In this document: in pieces, positions 20,361 to 30,554 of the stretch
How the letters are laid out: each line of letters starts with the position of its first letter
Numbering within the stretch: position 1 is the first letter of the stretch
Program-made: the position numbers and the translations under genes
IMG/VR virus record: IMGVR_UViG_3300025387_000009
Length of the DNA: 64,000 nucleotides
Direction: 5' to 3' (one strand)
DNA from: a virus
Lineage: Duplodnaviria > Caudoviricetes
The notes under the pieces: generated by a model
Databases searched by the model: none
What the model saw: the letters and a program-made list of their open reading frames with translations, nothing else
What the model was told of the DNA's origin: nothing

Positions 20361-21464
20361 TTAGACACCTTCATTCTTAAAAGCAAGAGCACTCTGGAGC
20401 TTTTTCTCCAACTCTGGAAGGATCTTAAGCCAAACATCCTCATTATCTTTCCAATCCTTGAAGAAACCAAGCGTTTCACCGTTAAAAACGTATCTATGAC
20501 CTGCTTTTTCAAGCACACCATAGCCTTCTGCCATTTCAAGAAGACCAGAATACTTGTTCAAACCAGTTCTAAAGTTCAAATACATTTCAATTTCAAGAAA
20601 TGGCGTAACAAAACGATTTTTTGTTGTCAATGCTCTTAATGTTAAGCCGTTAATACCCTTTGAAAGAAGAGTAGTTTCGGTATTTGAATCTTTATTCTTA
20701 CTATCTTCTGCTCTTTCTGCCTTCTTTGCCATCTGAACGATTACAGAAGCCATGTAAAGAGGTCCTGAGCCACCAGCTTGCTTCTTAATTGCTGTTGGAT
20801 GAAGCTGAGATGGGTCATCATAGATATGATTAGTAAAAACAACAGGGCAATTTGCCTTTGCTGCTGAATGTGTAATTGCTCTCATCATTGATTTAAGAGC
20901 CTTTGCACGATTACCCATATCAGGCGTATCAGAACCTTCTTGAATCTTCTTTTTTTCCTGTGCAGTGATCAAATTACCCAGTGAATCAATTGCGAGAAGA
21001 ACCTTTCCTTGCAATCCCTTCTCAATAACAATATCAAGAAACTTTACAATTTGATTTCTACAATCTTCGGTAACTTCACTAGGAACATGTTTGATCTTTG
21101 ATGTATCGCAACCAAGTCTCTTGGCGGTGTTTTCATCCAATGCACCTTCGGTATCAAAATATGCAATGTGCATACCCTTTTTATTTTGTGCATTAGCCAT
21201 AATCTTGTTAACCATTAAGGTTTTGCCGCATGATTCAGGTCCTACAAATCCAGTAAGTCTACCCATTGGGATTCCCCCATAAAGAGAACCCGATATAATC
21301 GCATTTAGTGCATACGATCCAGTATCAATCCAATCATTTACACTAGATAGACTGTTATCATCAAGAAAAGCAGCTTCTGGATTTAGATCTGATAATACAT
21401 TAAATGCATCTTCGATGCTTCCAACATTAACTTCTTCTGTTTCTTCGTTTTTCTTTTTAGCCAT
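20361..21464 (-). CDS. uvsX: RecA/UvsX recombinase
   Basis: DTGSYALNA, GPESCGKT Walker A, DTEGA, IDSLGNL, FTNH, GGSG. Confidence 0.95.
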   Translation of the reverse strand: MAKKKNEETEEVNVGSIEDAFNVLSDLNPEAAFLDDNSLSSVNDWIDTGSYALNAIISGSLYGGIPMGRLTGFVGPESCGKTLMVNKIMANAQNKKGMHIAYFDTEGALDENTAKRLGCDTSKIKHVPSEVTEDCRNQIVKFLDIVIEKGLQGKVLLAIDSLGNLITAQEKKKIQEGSDTPDMGNRAKALKSMMRAITHSAAKANCPVVFTNHIYDDPSQLHPTAIKKQAGGSGPLYMASVIVQMAKKAERAEDSKNKDSNTETTLLSKGINGLTLRALTTKNRFVTPFLEIEMYLNFRTGLNKYSGLLEMAEGYGVLEKAGHRYVFNGETLGFFKDWKDNEDVWLKILPELEKKLQSALAFKNEGV

Positions 21465-21471
21465 ATGATAT

Positions 21472-21499
21472 ATAATAACAAAAAATCCCAGAAAGTCAA
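21472..21499 (-). promoter_or_regulatory. sigma70-like promoter TTGACT-N16-TATTAT (TG extended), 7 nt before uvsX ATG
   Basis: Read on the minus strand. Confidence 0.65.
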
Positions 21500-21517
21500 A
21501 GACAATCTGGGATTTTT
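21481..21517. terminator. Intrinsic-terminator-like hairpin (12-bp arms, A/T tracts on both sides)
   Basis: AAAAATCCCAGA-N13-TCTGGGATTTTT, just downstream of the 21921-21541 gene. Confidence 0.7.
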
Positions 21518-21540
21518 AGCGAGTTATTTTTTATCGCAGT

Positions 21541-21921
21541 TTACTCGTCAAATAAATTGATTACGCTTTGATTTGTTCCACCAGTTGGAGCCTGTGCTGG
21601 GGCAGCAAACGTATTGGTCTTATTAAACATCTGGGCATATTGAGCCTGAAGTCTAAAGTCGAGAGCATCGATATCGGTTGTGCTAACACGATTGACATCG
21701 TAGTTTACCGTTACGTCACCCGTCTTGTCTCCGAGGAATTCTCTGAAGAAAAGCGGAAGAAGCTGAACTGACATCTTACCCTGATTATCAGCAGGAATGA
21801 CATGGAGAACAACTGGATTCTTAATTGAGATCTTAGTTGTGTCGGTTGATGTTACAGTCTCACCAAGAATGGTGCGACCTACGGAATCTAATATTACGGT
21901 TAGTGATGTTGTATTTGACAT
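21541..21921 (-). CDS. Hypothetical beta-rich protein (possibly Sm/SH3-like)
   Basis: Own promoter TTGCAA-N16-TAAATT (21955-21928) 6 nt from ATG; GC-richer codon usage. Confidence 0.6.
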   Translation of the reverse strand: MSNTTSLTVILDSVGRTILGETVTSTDTTKISIKNPVVLHVIPADNQGKMSVQLLPLFFREFLGDKTGDVTVNYDVNRVSTTDIDALDFRLQAQYAQMFNKTNTFAAPAQAPTGGTNQSVINLFDE

Positions 21922-21973
21922 ATAATAAATTTAACACATTTTTTAAGTATTGCAAGTAGATAAATATAAGATA

Positions 21974-22384
21974 ATGAAAAAATATGAAAAAATTTATAGA
22001 GATTTGATTTCTTATAATCCGCCATCGTTTGATAATAAAGAAATAAAAAGTTTTGATGGTGAAAACTACGAATCAAAAAATTTTATTGCTTATAAAGTTG
22101 AATATAAAATAAAATATACTGATAAAGATAAAATTCACGTATCAGGATATGATTTTTTAACTGAAAAAGACGCTGAAACTGAAATGTTTAATTTTTTTAA
22201 TAAGATTATAAATGATTTACCTGCAAATATAGCAAATAAACATTTACAAGATATCGCTGATCAAGAAAAAAATAAACCGGAAGAATATCTATCTTATGAA
22301 GATGGGTTGAAAGCCTTTGAAAACATTAAAAGAAAATTAAGAGGCGAAAGTTTTAAAGATTTCTTTAATTCAAGACCATCCTAA
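21974..22384 (+). CDS. Hypothetical protein, antisense insertion in the replication cluster
   Basis: TAAATA at 21961-21966, 7 nt before ATG 21974, a better start than TTG 21950. Confidence 0.6.
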   Translation: MKKYEKIYRDLISYNPPSFDNKEIKSFDGENYESKNFIAYKVEYKIKYTDKDKIHVSGYDFLTEKDAETEMFNFFNKIINDLPANIANKHLQDIADQEKNKPEEYLSYEDGLKAFENIKRKLRGESFKDFFNSRPS

Positions 22385-23011
22385 TGCTTCTGAAACATTA
22401 GGAAATTGATCTTTAAAAATATCTTTAATTGCATATGCAATTTCACGATGTTCTTTTTGAGTATCTTCTTTTGCTCTAATATCAATATAGTGAATCCAGC
22501 TACGAATAGTACCACTCATATAAATCGTAGTAGAAGTATTAAGAGGTAAAACCATACGAGCACATTCTTTTGCAACGCCTTGATCAATTAATTCATGATA
22601 AAGCTCTTCGCATTTATTTTGCACTAAACATAATTCGTCTCGTAGATTAACTGGAAGTTCTACTATTTCATCACCAACTTGACGATTTGTTTTACCTTGT
22701 AATCTCCACTCAATATCTTCAAGTTCAGTTGCTGTCGAATATCTTTGGGAAAATTCTTGAAAAGAAAAACTACGATGACGTAAAATCTGTGCAGCAATTG
22801 CACGAGATGTTTTAATTTCTATTGTCATACTTGCCATCTCCATAGGCGACCAGTGTTTGTGCTTGATTAAATAAGCAAGCAGCTTTGGTGCGGTTTCGGT
22901 ATTCATCTGATTAGATGGATTAGAAACTCTTGCGCAGTAAGAAATTAAATCTTCTGCTGTCGTTAAGCCTTCTATTTCGGGTTTAGTTATTGATACTAGT
23001 TTTGTTTTCAT
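22370..23011 (-). CDS. thyX: Flavin-dependent thymidylate synthase
   Basis: RHRSFSFQEFSQRY ThyX signature; HWSPMEM; TQKEHR. Confidence 0.96.
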   Translation of the reverse strand: MKTKLVSITKPEIEGLTTAEDLISYCARVSNPSNQMNTETAPKLLAYLIKHKHWSPMEMASMTIEIKTSRAIAAQILRHRSFSFQEFSQRYSTATELEDIEWRLQGKTNRQVGDEIVELPVNLRDELCLVQNKCEELYHELIDQGVAKECARMVLPLNTSTTIYMSGTIRSWIHYIDIRAKEDTQKEHREIAYAIKDIFKDQFPNVSEALGWS

Positions 23012-25581
23012 GAAAATAAAGAAATTAAATCGTTATACTCCTCGCAACCAATTTCCGGTGTGGGCCAACCAATAATGTTAAAGATTCTGGTTACAACAGG
23101 CATGACTGTTTTCTCAAACATCATCTTGTAATCGGGTTTAATATAAGCTTGAATTTCTGTCGGCAATTCATCGGCAAATGCAAATGCATCATAACCAAAT
23201 TTATTTTTCTTACAATAAAAAACCTTTATTTTAGACCCAGTTTGGATTGGATGATATTTATTTTCAAGGTTTAACTTCTTGAGTAGAGTATTAAAATATA
23301 TAGCAGCCTTAGTATGACCTTGAGTACCCTTGGCAATTTGATCATCTTTAACTTTATCTTGATATTCCTTTAACTTGTTTACCTTTTTTCTAATTGCAAT
23401 TGCGTCAACAGGAAGACTACAGAATTGTTCGTATCCATTTTGAAAAAGCTGATTAGCTTTCTTTCTATCTTTAGAGAGAATCGCAGATTCAACAATAGAT
23501 TTGATCAATTCTTTAATTTCTTTTGAAATTTTTGAAGTGGCAACCTCAATTCCTTTATACAAAAATTCATTAGTTGGTACACCTTCGCTATCCAAGATAT
23601 GAAGAATGTAATATTTTTTTGCCTGAAGCAAAGCGGCATCGCATATTTTTTCTCTCTTGAAAAAATATCTTGGATCAATTGTCTTTAATTCGATTTTAGC
23701 CCACTCATTAATTTTTTCATTAAGGTATTTTCCAATATCTTTAATAGTTTCGGATGCTTCAGGTGTGATTTCGTTATTTTTCCCCAAAATGATACCCATC
23801 TTGTCAAATAATTTTCTAAAACTGAAGTATACGCTATCTGTATCGGAATAAACACAAATATCATGAAGATCTCCATCAAATCCCTTACTAACTGCATACT
23901 CATGAACTATTCTTGCTCCGTTTTTAACGACTGCTTGTCCTGTTAACGTAACACTTTCTGCATGTTCGATATCAAAAAGTGGAGAATAGATGTTAGAAAA
24001 GACCCCATAAATAGAATTAAGAAGAGTTTTATACACGTTTTGAAGTGTATAATTGTCATTAGCTTCTTCCTCAAGAATTCTCTTTTCGTTTTCATCCTTT
24101 GTCTTAGCTAATTTCTTTTCTGCTTCCAACATTTTATTCTTTGCTGCAATTCTTTCGTTGTAAAGTTTATCAATCAACTTTGGAACAACGCCTTTTACTT
24201 TTTGTGTGTATAAAATATTTGCCTTTGTAATTGAAAGTTGTTGTTCGGTGATAAATTTTTTAAAATTATCAGCTGTAAATGACATTTTTTTGTCGTTTGA
24301 AAACATTACTTCGAACTTTCCATCTTCAAACTTTGAAATTTTACCAATCTTTGTCTCTGGTGAGATATTTAAAGTAATAATTGTATTTGGATAAAGACTA
24401 TTTGCATCATATGTGACTAGATCGTCGTATAAGCCAGGCACTGGTTCGTAAACATAGCCACCAGCGAAGGATTTTTTCTCTCTTTCGTCTTTAAATGTTG
24501 GAATTATATAGCCATCTCTCATTGCTTGGTGCGCAACTGCACCAGTAATGACGGAAACCTTTGCCAGTGCCTTTGTAAACGGTACAAATCCCCTATAAGA
24601 AAGGTTGCGAATGAGTCTAAGATACTTTAATTTTTCCTCCAGCTTGATTAAAATACGAACGTCCTGAATGTTATAGTCAACAAACTTCATCCAATCCTCA
24701 TCAGCAAGGCGAGAAAGCGAATAACTACCAACTGCAATTTTCCCTTCACCTAATTCATATTCGCCAATGTAATTTAAACCATAGCTTTCACGATCACCCA
24801 TTGAGAATGTCTTATAAACTTCCATGTAGTCCAAAATACTAATACCGTGAATATACCAACGATCAATTGCTTGACCTAATTTGTTAACGGAAACCTTTTC
24901 CCTGAATTGAATTCTATTAACAGGTGATAATTCCTTTGGTTTACTCTCGTCTTCCCAAATTTTCGCAATTCTATTAATAATATATGGAATATCATAGTTA
25001 TCAATGTTCCAACCAGTGACAATATCAGGATAATCCTTTTTCCAAAACTTAAGAAATTGAGTCAGAAGATCTTTTTCCGAATAACACTTGATATATTTTA
25101 CATTTTCATCAGTTGTTGCGTATTTATTACAACCAAATGTGTAATATATTTCACTTAAAGAATCATAAATTGTAATAAGATTGATTGGATCATTTGCATC
25201 GGATGCTTTCGAGAAACCTGTACCATCCGAATAAGTCTCAATATCAATATAAAAGATTTTTAATGGTTGTTTTCCATAATCTTCTTTGTCTACATCGTTC
25301 TTAAAGTTATCAAGAAGAAATTGTTGGTCAGTTCCGAGATTGTAAAACAATCTATCAATAGGGGTTTCTTCTATAAACTTATTTCTAGCTCTTTGATTGT
25401 TAAATTTAACCTTTTTAAGGGAAGAATTAAAGATAGATTTGCCATCGCAACCATTTTGCGATTCGATATATAAATATGGAGAATATGAGCATAGAACCTT
25501 TGTTCTATTGCCGTCTTTATCCCAAGTAAAGAGGTGAATTACCTCATTATTATTGTCATAGTATATTCCTCTATAGCTCAT
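23008..25581 (-). CDS. Family B DNA polymerase (T4 gp43-like)
   Basis: Exo DIETY, GWNIDNYDIPY, YNIQD; pol DANSLYP, KTLLNSIYG, YSDTDS, KKYY. Confidence 0.97.
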   Translation of the reverse strand: MSYRGIYYDNNNEVIHLFTWDKDGNRTKVLCSYSPYLYIESQNGCDGKSIFNSSLKKVKFNNQRARNKFIEETPIDRLFYNLGTDQQFLLDNFKNDVDKEDYGKQPLKIFYIDIETYSDGTGFSKASDANDPINLITIYDSLSEIYYTFGCNKYATTDENVKYIKCYSEKDLLTQFLKFWKKDYPDIVTGWNIDNYDIPYIINRIAKIWEDESKPKELSPVNRIQFREKVSVNKLGQAIDRWYIHGISILDYMEVYKTFSMGDRESYGLNYIGEYELGEGKIAVGSYSLSRLADEDWMKFVDYNIQDVRILIKLEEKLKYLRLIRNLSYRGFVPFTKALAKVSVITGAVAHQAMRDGYIIPTFKDEREKKSFAGGYVYEPVPGLYDDLVTYDANSLYPNTIITLNISPETKIGKISKFEDGKFEVMFSNDKKMSFTADNFKKFITEQQLSITKANILYTQKVKGVVPKLIDKLYNERIAAKNKMLEAEKKLAKTKDENEKRILEEEANDNYTLQNVYKTLLNSIYGVFSNIYSPLFDIEHAESVTLTGQAVVKNGARIVHEYAVSKGFDGDLHDICVYSDTDSVYFSFRKLFDKMGIILGKNNEITPEASETIKDIGKYLNEKINEWAKIELKTIDPRYFFKREKICDAALLQAKKYYILHILDSEGVPTNEFLYKGIEVATSKISKEIKELIKSIVESAILSKDRKKANQLFQNGYEQFCSLPVDAIAIRKKVNKLKEYQDKVKDDQIAKGTQGHTKAAIYFNTLLKKLNLENKYHPIQTGSKIKVFYCKKNKFGYDAFAFADELPTEIQAYIKPDYKMMFEKTVMPVVTRIFNIIGWPTPEIGCEEYNDLISLFS

Positions 25582-25589
25582 TTACTGTG

Positions 25590-25618
25590 ATAATATCATT
25601 TGTAACTTTTTTTGTCAA
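25590..25618 (-). promoter_or_regulatory. sigma70 promoter TTGACA-N17-TATTAT (TG extended), 8 nt before pol ATG
   Basis: Near-consensus, read on the minus strand. Confidence 0.75.
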
Positions 25619-25668
25619 ATTCTAATTTTTTTTTTATTAAAAAGCTATATATTCAAATAAGTAGTTTT

Positions 25669-26472
25669 ATGAAAAAATTTAACAATTCAAAATATACTAA
25701 ATGGTATTTTTCTATTGTCAATCATAGAAAAATAAATCCCGTATTAAATTCTAAATATAAAGAAATACATCATATTGTACCTAGAAAAATGGGCGGAAAC
25801 AACAATAAAGAAAATCTAGTTGCTTTAACCGCAAAGGAACATTTTATTGTACATTTACTTTTAACGAAAATGACAAGCGGATTAGATAAAAAATATATGT
25901 TTCACGCATTAAATTTAATGGCATACACTAGAAAAATTAAATTAACGTCAAAAACATATTCTTATATTAAAGAAAATTATTCTAAAGAAAATTTAGGATA
26001 TAAAAATATAATGTTTGGTAAAGTTGGAGAAAATCATCCAGCATTTGGATATAAACATACTGAAGAACATAAAAAATATATTTCAAATAAGCTTAAAGGA
26101 AGAAAACATAAAGAAGAATCTATAAAAAAAATGTCAGAAAAGGCTAAAGGTAGAAAAATCTCAGAAGAGACAAAAAATAAAATTTCAAAAGCTAATAAAG
26201 GATTTAATAATTTTATGTTTGGCAAAAACCATTCCTTGGAAACTAAACAAAAAATGAAAAAAAATCATTGGTGTTTAAAAAAACCATATAAACTGTGGCA
26301 TATATTAGATAATAGTACTAAAGAAAATATTTTTTACTATGGAAGTATTTATACATTATGTAAAACTTTAAATACTAGAGCATCAATTTTATTAAAAACT
26401 ATTAAAACAAATAAACCTGTTAATAAAGGAGTATTAAAAAATCTTATTATTATAAATTCTTATAATTTTTGA
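25669..26472 (+). mobile_element. Free-standing HNH homing endonuclease with NUMOD3 repeats
   Basis: EIHHIVPRKMGG...ENLVALTAKEHFIVH; repeats HTEEHKKYIS/HKEESIKKMS/ISEETKNKIS/HSLETKQKM. TAAGTA (25658-25663) 5 nt before ATG 25669. Confidence 0.9.
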
Positions 26473-27773
26473 TCTGGGTTTAAATCTATTAACCCCGAAT
26501 TACTTTCGTTTCTTTCTTTAGAACCCCAACTAGTAAAATACAAGTCGTGATATTTTTGAATGTGATCTTCAAGCCACAATCCTTCTGTAAACTTTCTAGC
26601 TTTACCAGAAAGATCCATATAACGATCAAAATCAGATGTCAAATAATCTAATTGGTCAATTAATTCATCACCAGATTTGAATTTATGCTCTGCTTCAGCA
26701 TAGGTGCAAAGATCTTGATACGTGCCAGGTAATCCTAGACCACCTGCTTCAACCATTTTGATGTTGCTCTTTGATTTATTAAAGATGTTATCGATCAATG
26801 GAGCAAAAACTGCATTACAATTAGCATCAACAAGTCCCTGCGGATAATCTGGTAAAGGAGACCAATCAATAAACTCCATTTCGCCATTATCAATATATGG
26901 TTTGACTGCTAATGGGAAACACCCCTTCCAAACAAACTTAAATTTCTTACGAGCCTTGATAATCGAATCAACCACATGGTAGAAATCATCTTTAAGACCT
27001 GTTCTGTTGAGAACATCAATGTGCGTACCTGATCCCGAATAAAGAATACGAGGTCTTTTCTTATTTTGATCGTATAATCTTTCAAGTTTCTGCTTATCGT
27101 AGAATCTATCAAGCCAAAACTTGGGTGCATAATTGGGAATAACTGTAATATTTTTATTACCTGTTTTTTCCTGATAATATTCCTTCATGAATGGGCAAGT
27201 AACGGTAATTTCATCCATCATTCCCATAATTTCCAAGATACTATCAATAATTGATTGATCACAGAAAGCATCTTTGCAACGATTATAGTCTGGAATGTCA
27301 TTTTTGAAAACAATATCATCGACTTCGTAAATTAAACGGAAATCCATTTGCTTACTGGCTTTCTTAAGCTCTTTAATGAAGTCTCTTTGTACAGGAGTTG
27401 CTTGTCTTTGCATTCTAATCGCTTTTACGCTTTGGTAAAAACGAACATCCATTACCATACAGGTTAAACCAGATATACAAGCCTTCTGATATTGATTTAG
27501 CATGAACTCGGGCCAAATCATTCTCCAGAAACCACACCCACCATAGTCCGCATAGTAATTTAACGCTCTAGGAAGAGAACTTTCTGGCATTTCTAATGGT
27601 GGTGGTGCTGGAACATTAACTGGTTTTAATGAAACATGAGAATATACTGGCATTCCTGCTGGTAAACCATGAGGAGGATTTGGAATTCCCGAATATGTCG
27701 GTGCATATTCAAATGTAATACCGTTATTTAACGCAGGTGCTGCTTTTGGTTGTTCTTTGAGTTTAAGTGCCAT
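26460..27773 (-). CDS. Glycosyltransferase (GT-B/GT4-like) with Pro-rich N-terminal extension
   Basis: DYGGCGFWR, YEVDD, YSGSGTH, FNKSKSNIKMVEAG; own promoter TTGATA-N16-TAAATT (27806-27779). Confidence 0.8.
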   Translation of the reverse strand: MALKLKEQPKAAPALNNGITFEYAPTYSGIPNPPHGLPAGMPVYSHVSLKPVNVPAPPPLEMPESSLPRALNYYADYGGCGFWRMIWPEFMLNQYQKACISGLTCMVMDVRFYQSVKAIRMQRQATPVQRDFIKELKKASKQMDFRLIYEVDDIVFKNDIPDYNRCKDAFCDQSIIDSILEIMGMMDEITVTCPFMKEYYQEKTGNKNITVIPNYAPKFWLDRFYDKQKLERLYDQNKKRPRILYSGSGTHIDVLNRTGLKDDFYHVVDSIIKARKKFKFVWKGCFPLAVKPYIDNGEMEFIDWSPLPDYPQGLVDANCNAVFAPLIDNIFNKSKSNIKMVEAGGLGLPGTYQDLCTYAEAEHKFKSGDELIDQLDYLTSDFDRYMDLSGKARKFTEGLWLEDHIQKYHDLYFTSWGSKERNESNSGLIDLNPDQKL

Positions 27774-27802
27774 ATGTAAATTTATAAAATTATGTTAATA
27801 TA

Positions 27803-29611
27803 TCAACTGACTATTTTAGTGACACCGTTTTCTTTTTCTAGGAGAAGAACATTATCAATTCTTGCCATATCTGATGATTTATGACTTACAATATATACTG
27901 ATTCATCATACTTTACAACTCTTTCTTTTAGCAAACCAATAATTTTGTCGGTTCCTTGTTGGTCGAGTGCAGAATCAATCATTTCATCGTAGATATTCAA
28001 GGAATATGAGGTTCCATTATGTGTTCTCAATAAGTCTTGAAACATAAATAAGATTGCAGTGTCAATTCTTTTTCTTTCTCCACCACTAAAATTAAAATAT
28101 GAACACTCTTTACCTGTTTCATTGGTAATAGTCTCTTCAAATAGCTCGTTAAACTCGCATTTGCATGGAGTATCAAGCTCCTTCAAATAATAATTTAACT
28201 TATTATTAAGAAGTTTAAGCATTTTCTTAACGATATATGTCTTAACGCCTTCTTCTGAAACAATAAACTTAACTGAATCAAGAATTGCCATTTGTGTTTT
28301 TACATCAATTAATTCTTTTTCAGTTTTTTCAATTTCTTTCTTTGTGTTTTCAATGTTTGAATCAATTGATGGATCATCCTTCTTGGTATCCTCAATCCAT
28401 TTCAAACAATCTTTAATGTTTCCTTCGCAATTTAAAATTTTCTGATTATTAATTTTAATGTCATTTTTCTTTTGATCTAATTCTCTAATCTTTTTATTGA
28501 TTTTATCAATTCCTTCTTCGACTTCTTCGATTTTATCATCCCAAGTAATTTTTTCAGCATTAACATTAAATGCTTCTTTCATAAGAGTTGATGTTTTGTC
28601 ATCAATATCTTTTAATAATTGCTTAACGGCTTCAAGATCTTCCTCGCAATAGTCTCTATTACAAGTTGGACACGTATTACCTTTGTCTATAATTTTTTGT
28701 TTCTCCTTTGCTAACTGTTTTATCTCTGCTGATATGTCAGAACTTTTTGTTATTAGATCAGATCTCGTATTAATAAATGATTTAACGCCAGTTTTTAAAA
28801 TGTTAACCTTGTTTTCTTGCTCCTGAATTTGTTTAATAATATCTTCTAATGAAGGAAGATCATTATTCTGTAAATCTTCTATAAGTTTTTCATTATCTCT
28901 AATACGAGAATTAAAAGCATCAATCTTTTCTTGCTTTTTTGTTTCTGCATTAGTCTTTTGATCTTCAAATGTGGTTAAGTTTCTTTGAAGATTAATAAAA
29001 TTGTTACTCAATAAATCATTTTCTTTCTTATAATCATTATAATCACCCCTAGCCTTGAGTAACATTTCACTAAAAATGTTAAGATTAAGAATTCCTTCGA
29101 TGAACTTTCTTTTATCGGTCTTCTTTTGCGCCATAAAAGGCACTGTATTGTTTGCAGACATAATAACTGCATTCTGGAAGACTTCTTCTGTTGCGCCAAG
29201 TATCTCTTTAATATATGCATTAGTCTCTGGCATCGTAGAAAGAGTCATATCAACATCTCTTTGTTGATTGTGAGCAGTGATAGTAACCTTACTTGGTTCT
29301 AAAGATCTTTCTATTGTGTATGGTGTTACATGATTCTCGGTAATTTCTTCAAAATTCAATGAAACCTTACAATCTTTCTTGCTAAGATTATGAATTATCT
29401 TGTCATTTTTAATATCACGAATGGTATTACCAAATAAACACCAGTAAATTGCTTCAAGAATTGAACTTTTACCTATTCCATTCTTACCTCCCTTATCTTT
29501 GTTCTCCCCTGTAATAAGATTTATCCCTTTTTGAAAAGGAATAATCAAAGGTTCTTTACCAACAGATAAAAAATTTTGTATTTCTACGTAGTTGAATTTA
29601 ATTCTTTTCAT
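27803..29611 (-). CDS. Recombination endonuclease subunit gp46 (SbcC/Rad50)
   Basis: QNFLSVG, NGIGKSS, CPTC hook, FSGGERKRID, IYDE, IVSH. Confidence 0.96.
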   Translation of the reverse strand: MKRIKFNYVEIQNFLSVGKEPLIIPFQKGINLITGENKDKGGKNGIGKSSILEAIYWCLFGNTIRDIKNDKIIHNLSKKDCKVSLNFEEITENHVTPYTIERSLEPSKVTITAHNQQRDVDMTLSTMPETNAYIKEILGATEEVFQNAVIMSANNTVPFMAQKKTDKRKFIEGILNLNIFSEMLLKARGDYNDYKKENDLLSNNFINLQRNLTTFEDQKTNAETKKQEKIDAFNSRIRDNEKLIEDLQNNDLPSLEDIIKQIQEQENKVNILKTGVKSFINTRSDLITKSSDISAEIKQLAKEKQKIIDKGNTCPTCNRDYCEEDLEAVKQLLKDIDDKTSTLMKEAFNVNAEKITWDDKIEEVEEGIDKINKKIRELDQKKNDIKINNQKILNCEGNIKDCLKWIEDTKKDDPSIDSNIENTKKEIEKTEKELIDVKTQMAILDSVKFIVSEEGVKTYIVKKMLKLLNNKLNYYLKELDTPCKCEFNELFEETITNETGKECSYFNFSGGERKRIDTAILFMFQDLLRTHNGTSYSLNIYDEMIDSALDQQGTDKIIGLLKERVVKYDESVYIVSHKSSDMARIDNVLLLEKENGVTKIVS

Positions 29612-29616
29612 TTATA

Positions 29617-29651
29617 CCCTATTAGTATAGGGCGTTTTAAAATTAAATCAA
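29617..29651 (-). promoter_or_regulatory. sigma70-like promoter TTGATT-N16-TATACT for gp46; -10 box inside hairpin CCCTAT-N4-ATAGGG (29617-29632)
   Basis: Read directly from the sequence. Confidence 0.55.
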
Positions 29652-30554
29652 CTTTAAAATCCAATCTCTAACATTTATGGTTGGATTATAATTTAAATGT
29701 TTTTTTGCCTCTGAAATATCTGCTAATGTATGCTCGGCTTCACCTTCTCTTGCTGGTATGTGAGTTATATCATCACTTATTAGCTTTGCTATATCATTTA
29801 TAGAAATATTTTCACCTGTTCCGATATTATATAAATTTCTACCATCGTGCGTTGGTGTTTCGGCTGCTAAAATATTAACATTTGCTATATCATGAACATG
29901 GACAAAATCTCTGCGTTGTTCACCTGTTCCAACAATGGTTAACGATTCATTATTATTTTTTTGGCGTTTAAAAATACCTATAACTGGAGCATATTGACCA
30001 GTTGTTGGGCTTCTTTCCCCAAAAACATTAAAATATCTAAATACAACAGTTTTTAAACCATACATCTTTGTATACATTTCAACCATTTGTTCTCCTGAAT
30101 ATTTTGTAGCAGAATATGGGTTCAAACAATCAATTGGTTCATTTTCATCAGTGGGAAGTTTACATAAATTACCATAAACAGAAGAAGTGGAAGAATATAT
30201 AAACTTTTCAACATTATAAAGCCTACTATATTGCAACATTTTGGTTGTACCGACTGCATTTATTTGTGTCGCTCTTACTGGGTTAAGAATTGCAGGACCT
30301 ATTCTAGATTCTGCTGCTAAATGAAAAACATATTTTGCATTTTCAAAAATTTCTTTATGCGGAATGGAATCATCGTTAATATCAAACTTAAAATATTTTG
30401 CAGAATCATTAAAATAAAATTCTTCATTTGATTCGGCTGATAAATCATCGATTACGTATACATCATAATTTTTTTCTATAAGTTTATCAACTAAATGACT
30501 ACCAATAAACCCACAACCACCTGTTACTACTGCTTTATTTTTTAAATTGCTCAT
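29643..30554 (-). CDS. NAD-dependent epimerase/dehydratase (SDR, GalE/WcaG-like)
   Basis: TGGCGFIG, HLAA, SSSVYG-like STSSVYG, YSATK (YxxxK), RYFNVFG, RDFVHV. Confidence 0.93.
   Translation of the reverse strand: MSNLKNKAVVTGGCGFIGSHLVDKLIEKNYDVYVIDDLSAESNEEFYFNDSAKYFKFDINDDSIPHKEIFENAKYVFHLAAESRIGPAILNPVRATQINAVGTTKMLQYSRLYNVEKFIYSSTSSVYGNLCKLPTDENEPIDCLNPYSATKYSGEQMVEMYTKMYGLKTVVFRYFNVFGERSPTTGQYAPVIGIFKRQKNNNESLTIVGTGEQRRDFVHVHDIANVNILAAETPTHDGRNLYNIGTGENISINDIAKLISDDITHIPAREGEAEHTLADISEAKKHLNYNPTINVRDWILKLI

Noticed and set aside
3772-25581. Introns/inteins in terminase, helicase, UvsX, ThyX or polymerase
   Set aside because: Motif spacing and lengths are ordinary; no C...HN-C/S/T intein ends or embedded endonuclease seen.
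25612-25668. Track start sites at 25612, 21950, 51682, 7909, 6240 and 20011
   Set aside because: Downstream in-frame ATGs (25669, 21974, 51727, 7957, 6249, 20008) fit the promoter spacing or avoid long overlaps; the upstream extensions are low-complexity.
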